Below are positions 1 through 13,245 of a stretch of DNA of 64,000 nucleotides, piece by piece. The notes beneath the pieces were generated by a model. That model had not been told where the DNA came from. It saw only the letters and a program-made list of their open reading frames with translations, and made no database searches. The stretch lies in NCBI RefSeq assembly GCF_009914755.1, contig NC_060934.1, one strand, 5' to 3'. Numbering within the stretch: position 1 is the stretch's first letter; each line of letters begins with the position of its first letter. The position numbers were made by a program, and so were the translations under genes. Source of the DNA: the human T2T-CHM13v2.0 reference genome, Homo sapiens.

Positions 1-1368
<1,368 letters not shown>

Positions 1369-1404
1369 TTAGTTGATGCAGTTTCTTCCTAGTCTCGATG
1401 GTCT

Positions 1405-2421
1405 TTACATTTTGGCATGATTTTGCAGCGGCTGGTACCGGTTGTTCCTTTCCATGTTTAGCGCTTCCTTCAGGAGCTCTTTTAGGGCAGGCCTGGTGGT
1501 GACAAAATCTCTCAGCATTTGCTTGTCTGTAAAGTATTTTATTTCTCCTTCACTTATGAAGCTTAGTTTGGCTGGATATGAAATTCTGGGTTGAAAATTC
1601 TTTTCTTTAAGAATGTTGAATATTGGCCCCCACTCTCTTCTGGCTTGTAGGGTTTCTGCCGAGAGATCCGCTGTTAGTCTGATGGGCTTCCCTTTGAGGG
1701 TAACCCGACCTTTCTCTCTGGCTTCCCTTAACATTTTTTCCTTCATTTCAACTTTGGTGAATCTGACAATTATGTGTCTTGGAGTTGCTCTTCTCGAGGA
1801 GTATCTTTGTGGCGTTCTCTGTATTTCCTGAATCTGAACGTTGGCCTGCCTTGCTAGATTGGGGAAGTTCTCCTGGATAATATCCTGCAGACTGTTTTCC
1901 AACTTGATTCCATTCTCCGCATCACTTTCAGGTACACCAATCAGACGTAGATTTGGTCTTTTCACATAGTCCCATATTTCTTGGAGGCTTTGCTCATTTC
2001 TTTTTATTCTTTTTTCTCTAAACTTCCCTTCTTGCTTCATTTCATTCATTTCATCTTCCATTGCTGATACCCTTTCTTCCAGTTGATCGCATCGGCTCCT
2101 GAGGCTTCTGCATTCTTCACGTAGTTCTCGAGCCTTGGTTTTCAGCTCCATCAGCTCCTTTAAGCACTTCTCTGTATTGGTTATTCTAGTTATACATTCT
2201 TCTAAATTTTTTTCAAAGTTTTCAACTTCTTTGCCTTTGGTTTGAATGTCCTCCCGTAGCTCAGAGTAATTTGATCGTCTGAAGCCTTCTTCTCTCAGCT
2301 CGTCAAAATCATTCTCCATCCAGCTTTGTTCCGTTGCTGGTGAGGAACTGCGTTCCTTTGGAGGAGGAGAGGCGCTCTGCGTTTTAGAGTTTCCAGTTTT
2401 TTTGTTCTGTTTTTTCCCCAT
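1405..2421 (-). CDS. L1 ORF1p, intact 338 aa (coiled coil, RRM, CTD)
   Basis: ORF track MGKKQNKKTG...NHAKM. About 7 substitutions versus recalled L1HS ORF1p (R7K, R130Q, V168A, T172I, T177S, A233E, I298T). REKG, ARR and YPAKLS motifs are intact. Confidence 0.97.
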   Translation of the reverse strand: MGKKQNKKTGNSKTQSASPPPKERSSSPATEQSWMENDFDELREEGFRRSNYSELREDIQTKGKEVENFEKNLEECITRITNTEKCLKELMELKTKARELREECRSLRSRCDQLEERVSAMEDEMNEMKQEGKFREKRIKRNEQSLQEIWDYVKRPNLRLIGVPESDAENGIKLENSLQDIIQENFPNLARQANVQIQEIQRTPQRYSSRRATPRHIIVRFTKVEMKEKMLREAREKGRVTLKGKPIRLTADLSAETLQARREWGPIFNILKEKNFQPRISYPAKLSFISEGEIKYFTDKQMLRDFVTTRPALKELLKEALNMERNNRYQPLQNHAKM

Positions 2422-3287
2422 CTTTGTGGTTTTATCTACTTTTGGTCTTTGATGATGGTGATGTACAGATGGGTTTTCGGTGTGGATGTCCTTTCTGTTT
2501 GTTAGTTTTCCTTCTAACAGACAGGACCCTCAGCTGCAGGTCTGTTGGAATACCCTGCCGTGTGAGGTGTCAGTGTGCCCCTGCTGGGGGGTGCCTCCCA
2601 GTTAGGCTGCTCGGGGGTCAGGGGTCAGGGACCCACTTGAGGAGGCAGTCTGCCCGTTCTCAGATCTCCAGCTGCATGCTGGGAGAACCACTGCTCTCTT
2701 CAAAGCTGTCAGACAGGGACATTTAAGTCTGCAGAGGTTACTGCTGTCTTTTTGTTTGTCTGTGCCCTGCCCCCAGAGGTGGAGCCTACAGAGGCAGGCA
2801 GGCCTCCTTGAGCTGTGGTGGGCTCCACCCAGTTCGAGCTTCCCGGCTGCTTTGTTTACCTAAGCAAGCCTGGGCAATGGCGGGCGCCCCTCCCCCAGCC
2901 TCGCTGCCGCCTTGCAGTTTGATCTCAGACTGCTGTGCTAGCAATCAGCGAGACTCCGTGGGCGTAGGACCCTCCGAGCCAGGTGTGGGATATAGTCTCG
3001 TGGTGCGCCGTTTTTTAAGCCGGTCTGTGAAGCGCAATATTCGGGTGGGAGTGACCCGATTTTCCAGGTGCGTCCGTCACCCCTTTCTTTGACTCGGAAA
3101 GGGAACTCCCTGACCCCTTGCGCTTCCCAGGTGAGGCAATGCCTCGCCCTGCTTCGGCTCGCGCATGGTGCGCGCACCCACTGGCCTGCGCCCACTGTCT
3201 GGCACTCCCTAGTGAGATGAACCCGGTACCTCAGATGGAAATGTAGAAATCATCTGTCTTCTGCGTCGCTCACGCTGGGAGCTGTAG
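2422..3287. promoter_or_regulatory. L1 5'UTR CpG-rich bidirectional promoter; the antisense promoter fires on + into the window
   Basis: CpG-dense 2830-3280. Sense and antisense promoter activity of this UTR is established for young L1s. Confidence 0.85.
2877..3092 (+). CDS. L1 ORF0 (primate antisense ORF), intact 71 aa
   Basis: ATG at 2877 within track ORF 2808-3092 gives MAGAPPPASLPPCSLISDCC...SRCVRHPFL, 71 aa. Internal splice donors are cag|gtgtgg (2982/3) and cag|gtgcgt (3067/8). Confidence 0.9.
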   Translation: MAGAPPPASLPPCSLISDCCASNQRDSVGVGPSEPGVGYSLVVRRFLSRSVKRNIRVGVTRFSRCVRHPFL

Positions 3288-3334
3288 CAGACTGTTTCAA
3301 TGTTCATAAATCGCGTGGTACTCCAGAGCGTCTG

Positions 3335-3477
3335 AAAGTTCCCCCAGGGACCTTACTCAAACGCCGACTCTGGTTCTATAGGTTCTGAGGTTCTGGTTCT
3401 GAGGTTCTTCATGTCTAACCAGCTCCCTGGCGATGCTGTTGCTGTTGGTCTTTGTACCACATTTCGAGCAGCAATGC
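3335..3477. mobile_element. MER5-family hAT-Charlie MITE
   Basis: ctaaccagctccctggcgatgctgttgctgttggtctttgtaccacatttcgagcagcaatg resembles the MER5A terminus. Confidence 0.6.
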
Positions 3478-4149
3478 CTAAAGCCTCTTACCTGTAAAGG
3501 ATTTCCAGGTACTTAGCAGAAAGCCCAGCTTCTCTCCCAGTATTAGCTGACGGGCCTGTTCCCTCATTTTCTGGAGGGGAGAGACCATCTTTTCAAGGTC
3601 AAACTGAACGCAGAGGCAGGGCTGTGGCTGCCCCAGCTCCGTGGCTGCCCCAGCTCCAAGGCTGCCTGGATCTCCACCCCAGAGGCAGCTGCCGGCTTGC
3701 TGGTGTGACCTCAGGCCCCCTCCTGGCTCCCCATCGGTGTACTGCGGTTACCCTGGCCATTCTGTGGTAAACCAGAAAGCCTAAATTTGGCAAAGTGATG
3801 CATGTGATATTGGAAGCCAAAGAAACAAAGTAAGGAGGGACTAGAAAATTATGTGGCCAAGTTCCTGGCCAAATTCTGTTGCCTTCACAATCACTCCAAA
3901 TTTGTCTTACTTTGCCGTAGAGACCAGGCCTGAGGACTTCCTGAGGAGAAACTGACATGACCAGGGTGAGATGCTCCCGCTGTTGGACGTCCTCCATGGA
4001 GAGCTGGGCGGAGACCTCCACCAGCCTCAGGGGCATAGACTCAAGTTCCTGTTCCTTCACCATAACCCACATCATCTGTGAAATTAGGGCTGTTTCTCCC
4101 AGCCTTTGCATTTATCTCAAGCTTTGTGATACACTTCCCTTTTCTTTGT

Positions 4150-4275
4150 TCTTGCTATATCTGTGATCTTGGTCAATTTACTTAACTTTCTGGGATCCCC
4201 AGTGTTCTTATCTGTAAAATGGGGTAATAGTAGCCACCTCATTCAGAGGGGTTCTTAAGGGTTAAATGAAGCAAT
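4150..4275 (+). mobile_element. MIR
   Basis: core tgtgatcttggtcaatttacttaac...tctgtaaaatggggtaatagtag. Confidence 0.75.
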
Positions 4276-4394
4276 AGTTAGCAGGGAGGCTTCCACATAA
4301 GTTCTCTGGAAGTTATTTGATCATACAAAGGATCATTCCCTTGGTTGTGTGGGACATTTTGAAAAGCATATGGATTAGGGGTAGAAGAGACCTC

Positions 4395-4520
4395 AGAAGG
4401 TGTCTGGATCATTCCACCCTATTTTACAGATGAGGAAACTGAGGCTCACAGAAGTCACATGACTGCCGCAAGGACACTCTTGGATAGTAAAAATCCAAGC
4501 ATGGCCTGCCCCAGATCTAA
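4395..4520 (-). mobile_element. MIR
   Basis: attttacagatgaggaaactgaggctcacaga. Confidence 0.8.
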
Positions 4521-4947
4521 CTGTTTTGGATTTCCACACATATGTATTGCATATATTTGTAAGTTGCCTTAAATCCTCTTTGAACCAAGATCAGTTAAAA
4601 AGAGACTGCTGATTTGACAGCCTTTCCACGCCATGTCTCCTTCCTGAGATAAGGGTCCTCAGGAATGGTAAGTCCTGGCCCTCATGGGGCTGTTCCCCAC
4701 TCCTGGGCTCACAGTAGACACTACTGATCAGTCACGTCTGTTTTGCCTCTGAATCCACAGCCTCAGCATCTTCAGCATGGGCTTCCAGAAGGCCTCTACC
4801 AGCTGGCCAATCATGATCCACGTGTAAACACTTCCCAGACCCCGTTTCCCCTTTTCTGGTTCCTATAATCACAGGCCTTGGGAGCAAGCTTTCAGAATGC
4901 ACCTAATTGGTTTACCTGCCACCAGGTAGAATCAGGTAGAATCTAGC

Positions 4948-5320
4948 CCTTCTGCCTAGACCACTTGGTGACCACTTGGTCACCTGGCCACTCCTGGCTG
5001 CCAGGAGGCTAGGAAACACAGTTTTGTTGATACGAAAAGAGAAAGAGTGAATATTTGGTGAATCCCCACAGTCTCTGCCCTGAGGAATGACATTGTTGTT
5101 CGTTCTGAAAAGAATTCCATTCATTAATTCCCATGGTGGCTGAAGAATCCTTTACCCATCAGCCTGGCTTTTTGCCTTCCAGTTCCTTCCCTGGGACACA
5201 GTGTATGTGGTATAGTGAGGGGCGTATTTCTTACTCCTCTAGGACTAGGAGTGATAATTTATAAAATGGCCATAAACCTGGTTACATGATTGAATTATCA
5301 CAAGAAGATGAACACAAGGA
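4948..5320 (+). repeat. Local direct duplication, copy 1 (pairs with 6923-7288)
   Basis: Colinear ccttctgcctaga...gaagatgaacacaagga in both copies, roughly 90% identical by eye. Track ORFs 4912-5124 and 6954-7202 share the peptide NGILF. Confidence 0.95.
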
Positions 5321-5487
5321 GGTGTTCGTCTTCCCCTAAATGGAATAGGGAATTGGGTATATGGTATCCCCGTGGCTGAAAGTGGTCCAAATACAAATGT
5401 CTGATAATATGTGAATTTGCAACAGCAGCGGGGTGTTTGGTGATCTCAAATTTTTCATCAGGCTTTTTATCAGCTCAAGTGATTTTA

Positions 5488-5730
5488 TTTTTTTATTTTG
5501 TTTTATTTTATTGAGATGAAGTTTCACTCTGTTGCCCAGGCTGGAGTGCAGTGGCACGATCTCAGCTCACTGCAACCTCCGCCTCCCAGGTTCAATCGAT
5601 TTCTGGCTAATTTTTGTATTTTTAGTAGCTGTATTGGCCAGGCTGGTCTCGAACTCCTGACCTCAAGTGATCTGCCCACTTCAGCCTCTCAAAGTGCTGG
5701 GATTATAGGTGTGAGCCACTGTGCCCAGCC
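5488..5730 (-). mobile_element. AluS with two internal deletions
   Basis: Alu sequence; TSD agctcaagtgatttta (5472-5487) / agctgaagtgatttta (5731-5746). Confidence 0.93.
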
Positions 5731-6922
5731 AGCTGAAGTGATTTTAAATGAATAATAATAGTCATGTTATGTTTCTGGTTATATCCAAATAAGTAGAAAA
5801 ATAGAATCCTGCTCAATAATGGTTTCTATGTAGTTTAACTCGGGATGGTCCATTAAGGCCTTACAGTTTTTGCATAGAGCATTTCCATAGCCAATCACAT
5901 ACCCACCTTGAAGATGGATGGAATACACAGCAGTTTCAAACTTGGGAGCAAATTTTAGTCCCCTGTTTTGAAACCAAAGATGACTTAAATAATACTTTTT
6001 TTCTCATCAATGCCAAGAACCCAAGTAATTTGATGTCTCAATCAGTTGCAGTTGCTGCACTTGGAATTTGAAAATGTTTCAGAATCTTCAAGTCAGTTAG
6101 GGGCTAACTACAGTTTCAAAAAAATGACAGTGCCTGTGCTTATGCTGAAAGTGCAGGAAATCCCTGCTTTAGGAAGTTTTGCCAACAGTCAAGCCCAGAG
6201 CACCCTACAAAGGAATATCTAGGACAAAACTCCTACCTGTGGCTTAATCAACCCCTGCAGAGCAGAGTCATTTAGATAAAAACTCCCACTCCATTCAACC
6301 ATATCAGTAAGTGTTACTGAGGACATCAAATTAATTTCGGAGCAAATAAGCATCCTTCTTATTTAACGCCCTTTACCCTTCAATATAACAGTTGGTATCA
6401 AGAGAAGTTAATTCCATCTGCAACATTGAATCCATCCAAGGCTTTCCTATAACTTGGATAGAGTCACGTCTTTCTCCTGTTTAAGATTATTCAACATGTT
6501 CTTTTCATGGAATAAAATCCAAACTCTTCGTAATAGCATTTTAAGTGCTATTTTAAGTTTGGCCCTCAGCTCACTTTATTATTATAATTGTTACTACTGA
6601 GAAAATTACCCCAACTACCATTATTACCTCTATTCCTGGTGCTTCAACAGAATGCACCTGTCTTTGACCAAACATTCACTATACACAATCATTCTGCAAG
6701 GACCTCTATGTGGCTAAACTTATCCATGACCAGGTACTACTGTTATCTGGACTTGACAGGTGAGGACATTGAGGCATAGCACAGTGAGATTAATTGCTCA
6801 ACTCATAAGTGAGGGAACTTGGGCTGAGATTCAAAACACTTCTGTATGAAATAATTGCAAATTGGCTGCTATAGTTCCAACCATCACATCTGAATTCCAG
6901 GAGGAAGGAGAAGAGCAAAAGG

Positions 6923-7288
6923 CCTTCTGCCTAGATACCACTTGGTCACCTGGCTACTTCTGGCTGCCAGGAGGCTGGGAAATACAGTTCTGTTGATACA
7001 AAAAGAGAAAGAGTGAATATTTGGTGAATCCCTGAAGTCTCTGCCCTAAGGAATGACATTGTTGTTCATTCTGGAAAAGAATTCCATTAATTAATTTTCC
7101 ATGGTGGCTGAAGAATCCTTTACCCATCAGTCTGGCTTTTTGCCTTCCAGTTCCTTCCCTGGCACACAGTGTATGTGGTATAATGAGGAATGTATTTCTC
7201 ACTCCTCTAGGAATGGGAATGATAATTTATAAAATGACCATAAACCTAGTTACATGATTGAATTATCACAAGAAGATGAACACAAGGA
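6923..7288 (+). repeat. Local direct duplication, copy 2; left part lies within an MLT1-like LTR relic (~6860-7045)
   Basis: As for copy 1. The upstream ggctgctatagttccaaccatcacatctgaattccaggagg is MLT1-like and is absent from copy 1. Confidence 0.9.
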
Positions 7289-7695
7289 TGTAAATTTCAC
7301 CTTTTAGCTATGATTCCATTTGATCCTTGACAGTATAAAAATCACTGGATTTTTATCAGAATGGAAGATAAACACATTCAAGTCATCTGTGTCCCCTTCC
7401 CAAACATTTCACCCATACCACATCTGCCTTCCTGGTAAAGGTACACAGCAGTGCAGCAGATTCATGTCTTCAATGGGATTCTGCCTACTAATTCATGTGA
7501 ATATGTTGAAGTCAACTTACTCACATGCTCATGACCCTTACCCTTGGCCCTTACCTGGAAAAAAAAAAGTATATGGTGTTGTAGGACTAACAATTATTAA
7601 GAACCTTTAAGATTTTCTTTCCTTTTATTATTTTACTCAGCAACATTCGATTGACTTCTGCCAAGCATTCTAAGCAACAAGACTATTCCATAGAT

Positions 7696-8363
<668 letters not shown>

Positions 8364-8976
8364 CCTAGATAACCATACTGGAGACTGTTCCTGCGTTGAG
8401 ATGTGAACCAGTTGCTATTAGAATATTTTAACAAATAAGAATTTGAAGACAACTTGGAGTATCCTTCCAAACTCTAATTTGAGTGTTTTCATTTTAAGCA
8501 ATTAATTGAAAATGTTGAACACTTTTCTTTGTGTGTGAATATATAGATATACATAAATATCTGTGTTAACAACTTTTATTTAAAGGTTTGTTACAGATTC
8601 AAAGGAGAAGAGGGGTAGAGTGAGAACCATTTTCCTGTTGGAATTCTGGTGAATTCATTTAGCATTTGGGTGTACCAATGACTTGAGGACAGAGCAAACA
8701 GAAAGAAATTTTCCACAGAGAATAGCTCACAGCTTTATAAGCAGATAGTGTTTGAAAACAGACTTAGCTGTTTACTGACACATTTCCTAAACTTTTCTAA
8801 ACCTCAGTTTTCTCATTTGTAGAGTGGGATGATTAAGAGGAGGATGATAATGATAATAGACATTTATAGAGGATTTCTTCTGTGCTAGGTGCTAAATGTA
8901 TTATATATATAATCTCACTAATTCTCATCATAATCCAATTATGTAATTACTATTATAGTATTTTCATGGTATTATC

Positions 8977-9219
<243 letters not shown>

Positions 9220-9994
9220 TGAAAGCCCATTATCCATTTAAGTGGGCAAAGAGAATCTCTAATTCCTAATTCAGTATAAGAATTGGCACTATCTGAAACC
9301 ACCTAGGAAATGAACACTCAGGCATGGCTGGGAGGAGTCTGGGATGCATAAGGGGCCACAGTGGGCTTCCCACTAGGGCAAGTTCTGCAGTTATAGAGCA
9401 AAAGGAGATGTGTTTCAGGATTTCTGCTTTTCTAAGATTATGGAAAATCTTTTTCCGATCTCACAGATCCCTGAGGAGTCTCTGTTTGGACCTGGGAAAA
9501 CTGTTGGGAAGTCTAATTAAAAGAGAACAATCATGACATGGGGATTAGTCTAACTGGATAGGTCAAGCTGGACACTGTTTCTTCCTTTTCTAAGTTAGTA
9601 GGGAAAATTTCTTTAACAGAAAAAAAAATACATTAGCAGATGATAGGCTCCAAGTAGACCTAGTTAGGTGGGACTTTCACAAAGAGTGGGATAACAGCCT
9701 TTGAAAAAAATTATAAAGGAAAATAAATAGCCATGTGTTAAAGTCATGGGGCTGCAGAACAATAATAATAATAACTATAATAAGCACTAGAAAGCAGATG
9801 CTAATGGGAATAAATGCAGTCATGACCCACTCTGGTTTAGCTGTTTCTGTCAGGACCGGTGCCTGTGTATTAATGATTAGAGGAGAAGCACTTCATGCCC
9901 AGAATGTTGAGGGAGGATGTTTTCTGGTAATAGCCAGTTGATTTTACTTGCTAGCTGAACAGAGGAGAACAGAAACAATATTAATGACAATAAT

Positions 9995-10180
9995 AAAACT
10001 AATAATGGGTAGCACTTACCGGGTGCTTACTATGTGCCAAGAACTGTTTTGAGTGTGTTACCTTTGTCTTCTCTTTGAGTTTCCACAGTCTTTCATGGGT
10101 GAGGAAATTGAGGTCTGGAGATGTCAAGTCACTTTCCAAGGCACACAAAGCTTAATCTTGGCAAGCTGGGATCAAAACAT
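9995..10180 (-). mobile_element. MIR
   Basis: gcttactatgtgccaagaactg...gaggaaattgaggtctggaga. Confidence 0.7.
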
Positions 10181-10419
10181 GCATTGTCCCAGGGCAGGGA
10201 CAAACTCATTTTGGAAAAGTGCTTTAGGGCACAGGACCTGTTCACTTCATCATCCCAGTCATTGGCCAGGGAAACTTTCAAGTTCAAGCTTTTAAGTCCA
10301 AAGCTTGAAGCAATGAGGCTCTCGTTACTCCCTGCCTGAGGACAGAGCCCAGCACACCTACTTCTCGTGTGGGTAGCACTGAACATTCTCCAAACTCATA
10401 GTTTTCGAGCATTTCATCT

Positions 10420-11130
10420 GGAATTTATTTTTGCTTATGATGTGAGTTTTGAGATATAGCTTTCCATCCAGCCCTGATAGCCAGCCAGTTATTCCTGAAT
10501 CATTTCATATATGAATGGTCCTCTTCACATGGAATTAAAATGCCACCTTTGTATGTATTTTGCTCCCATATAGACTGTAATCTATTTCTGAACCTATTTT
10601 GTTCTTGATCTATTACCTTTTTCTCTGTCAGTGGTGTATTAGATTATAGTGTAGTTCAGTATTGTGTGTATATATATTATATATATATATATAATATATA
10701 TATGTGTGTGTGGGTATATATGCGTATACATAAAAAGTATAGTGAGTTGCATAATTTTGTAAGAGGACCTCCCAGATATTTTTCCCTTTTAAACTTCTCT
10801 TGCTGGTCATTCTCAGATAGGTATTACTACATATAAACTTTAAAATAGTTTCATGCACTCCCAACATCCACGAAACAAGCATTGGATGCTAATTTGAATT
10901 GCATTTCATTTCTAAGTTAATTTGAGGACTGATGTTTTATGGTATAAAGTTTTCCAATACCAGGAACATACTATGTCTATCCAATTTTGGGGGTCTTATT
11001 TTAAGATCTTCAATAAGATTTTATGGCTTTCTTTATATAAGTTCTATGCCTTTATTATTAAATTTATTCCTGGTTAATATAGTGAATAGGATTTTTTTAA
11101 AATTTCCATTTTATAACTGGTTTTGGCTAG
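10420..11130 (-). mobile_element. Old L1M fragment containing (TA)n at ~10668-10702
   Basis: T-rich L1 ORF2-antisense-like sequence, e.g. ttaagatcttcaataagattttatggctttctttatataagttct. Confidence 0.6.
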
Positions 11131-11289
11131 TGTGGCAGGCACTGTTTTGCTGGCCCAAATTCCTACAACCTCCCTGCTTAAGTGTTCCCAGGTTTACATT
11201 CTCACTGAGGTGCCAGGGAATTAAGAGGTTCTAGGAGACTGTCAGGAGATGAGGAAAGAATCCCCCAGCTACCTCACCTCTCTCCTGGC

Positions 11290-11715
11290 TCATGCTTATG
11301 GACACAGGGGAAGTTTTCCCAAGGACCAGCTGATTGAGGAGGAAAAACTCAGTTTGGGGCTCACAGAGAAGTCAGCCCAAGATATCATGGCATGCTAAAA
11401 TGAATGCTGTCACTCAGGGGATGGCCTGAAATTAATAAGGGCAGAAATTCAAGAAGCATACCTTGCCACAAACTTGGTGTGGAGGGAGAAGTGACCTGAA
11501 ATAAGGATATACATAGACTCCAGGGAAGTGGCAAATGGTCTGCCTGGTTGGTCAAATATCTGACATGAACAAGATTAGAAAATCAGAAACAAAGAAGTCT
11601 TGGGAAGAAGCATGTGGATGGGCCAAGGGAGTAGGCACATAATGTGTAGATCTTTGTGACCCACATCAGTGCCCACCAGGGGGAATCCACCGCAGAGAAG
11701 GCGTGAAACATTAAT
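11290..11715 (+). mobile_element. ERVL-class internal fragment (pol RNase H relic)
   Basis: Translates to [42 protein letters not shown], then after a frameshift [10 protein letters not shown]. This matches the recalled ERVL RNase H motif WPDVRLYTDSWAVANGLAGWSGTW...IFVSHVNAHQ. Confidence 0.8.
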
Positions 11716-12484
11716 GTGGCCAACAAACATATGAGAAAAAGCTCATTACCACTGGTCATTAGAGAAATGCAAATCAAAACCGCAATGAGATACCATCTCA
11801 TACCAGTTAGAATGGCGATCATTAAAAAGTCAGGAAACAACAGGTGCTTGAGAGGATGTAGAGAAACAGGAATGCTTTTATACTGTTGGTGGGAGTGTAA
11901 ATTAGTTCAACCATTGTGGAAGACAGTGTGGAGATTCCTCAAGGATCTAGAACCAGAAATACCACTTGACCCAGTGATCCCATTACTGGGTATACGCCCA
12001 AAGGATTATAAATCATTCTACTATAAAGACACATGCACATGTATGTTTATTGTAGCACTATTCACAATAGCAAAGACTTGGAACCAACCCAAATGCCCAT
12101 CAATGATAGACTGGATTAAGAAAATGTGGCACATATACGCCATGGAATGCTATGCAGCCATAAAAAACGATGAGTTCATGTCCTTTGCAGAGACATGGAT
12201 GAAGCTGGAAACCATCATTCTCAGCAAACTAACACAGGAACAGAAAACCAAACACCGCATGTTCTCACTCATAAGTGGGAATTGAACAATGAGAACACAT
12301 GGACACAGGGAGGGGAACATCTCCCACCAGGGCCTGTCGGGGGGCAGGGGGCTAGGTGAGGGATAGCATTAGGAGAAATACCTAATGTAGATGATGGGTT
12401 GATGGGTGCAGCAAACCACCATGGCACATGTATACCTATGTAACAAACCTGCATGTTCTGCACATATATCTCACAACTTAAAGT
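11716..12484 (+). mobile_element. 5'-truncated L1PA (about L1PA7) 3' end: ORF2 C-terminus plus 3'UTR
   Basis: Track ORF 11716-12285 is the ORF2 C-terminal domain ending MFSLISGN*. The zinc-knuckle His is replaced by Tyr ([18 protein letters not shown]). 3'UTR reads gggatagcattaggagaaatacctaatgtagatga...aacttaaagt. Confidence 0.93.
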
Positions 12485-12528
12485 GAAAGGAAGGAAGGAA
12501 GGAAGGAAGGAAGGAAGGAAGGAAGGAA

Positions 12529-12582
<54 letters not shown>

Positions 12583-12702
12583 GGGAAGGAAGGAAGGGAA
12601 GGAAGGAAGGAAGGAGAAAGAAAGAAGGGAAAGAAAGAAAGAAAGGAAGGAAGGAGAAAGAAAGAAAGAAAGAGAGAAAGAAAGATGGAAAGAAAGAAAG
12701 GG
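12485..12702 (+). repeat. Compound (GGAA)11(GAAA)12 microsatellite plus degenerate purine tract, derived from the L1 tail
   Basis: GGAA 12489-12532; GAAA 12533-12580. Confidence 0.97.
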
Positions 12703-13149
12703 AGCAAAGGGTACAAGGCAGGTGGTGGGATGGGGAAAACCGAGGTCAGTTAATTTGGATATTATAGGAAAAAATGCAAATCATATGCCAAACAGCATCC
12801 ATTGTTTGGAGTCAAGAATTCAAGCACTATTTGAAAAAACATTGAGTTACTGCTTATACTATTTAACAAAACCCCCAATAACCAGAAGGTTTACCATATG
12901 GGGCATTTTTGTTGAAGAACTTGAGACAAATCTTTGGAAAATGTATTAATCACTTCTCTTACCTTAGAAATACAGGAAAACAAACATCACAGGCTCAGTC
13001 TCTGACAGTTGGAATAATGATCATGATAAGATTTTAAATGGTCTTGGTATAGAAAACAAGATTTGGTTTTTAGAAACATATTCTGATTTACAAAGGTGTT
13101 TTCTCCATTCGACCAGACTATTAAAAGTGGATATACTAGATTATAAATT

Positions 13150-13245
13150 GTTTTGTTTACCGATGTATTCCTAATGCCTCTCACAGGGTCTGATGTGGTG
13201 GGGGGGAGGGGACAAATAGATATTTGTTGAATGAATAAATGAACG
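13150..13245 (+). mobile_element. L2 3' end
   Basis: aaatagatatttgttgaatgaataaatgaa. Confidence 0.65.

Noticed and set aside
3599-4111. 170-aa minus-strand ORF, the longest outside obvious repeats
   Set aside because: No recognisable domain, crosses a 17-bp tandem repeat, no supporting exon structure; chance ORFs of this size occur in GC-richer DNA.
4948-7288. Two ~370-bp direct repeats around 1.6 kb resemble a MaLR provirus (LTR-int-LTR)
   Set aside because: No TG..CA termini or TSD, the repeats begin mid-MLT1 and include unique flank, and the interior is not retroviral-like.
11716-12285. 189-aa ORF as a gene
   Set aside because: It is the residual C-terminus of L1 ORF2 in a truncated copy, begins at GTG, and its zinc-knuckle His is lost.
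12453-12767. K/E/R-rich and F/L/S-rich ORFs (also at 44552, 60435, 63615)
   Set aside because: Translations of microsatellites and homopolymers.
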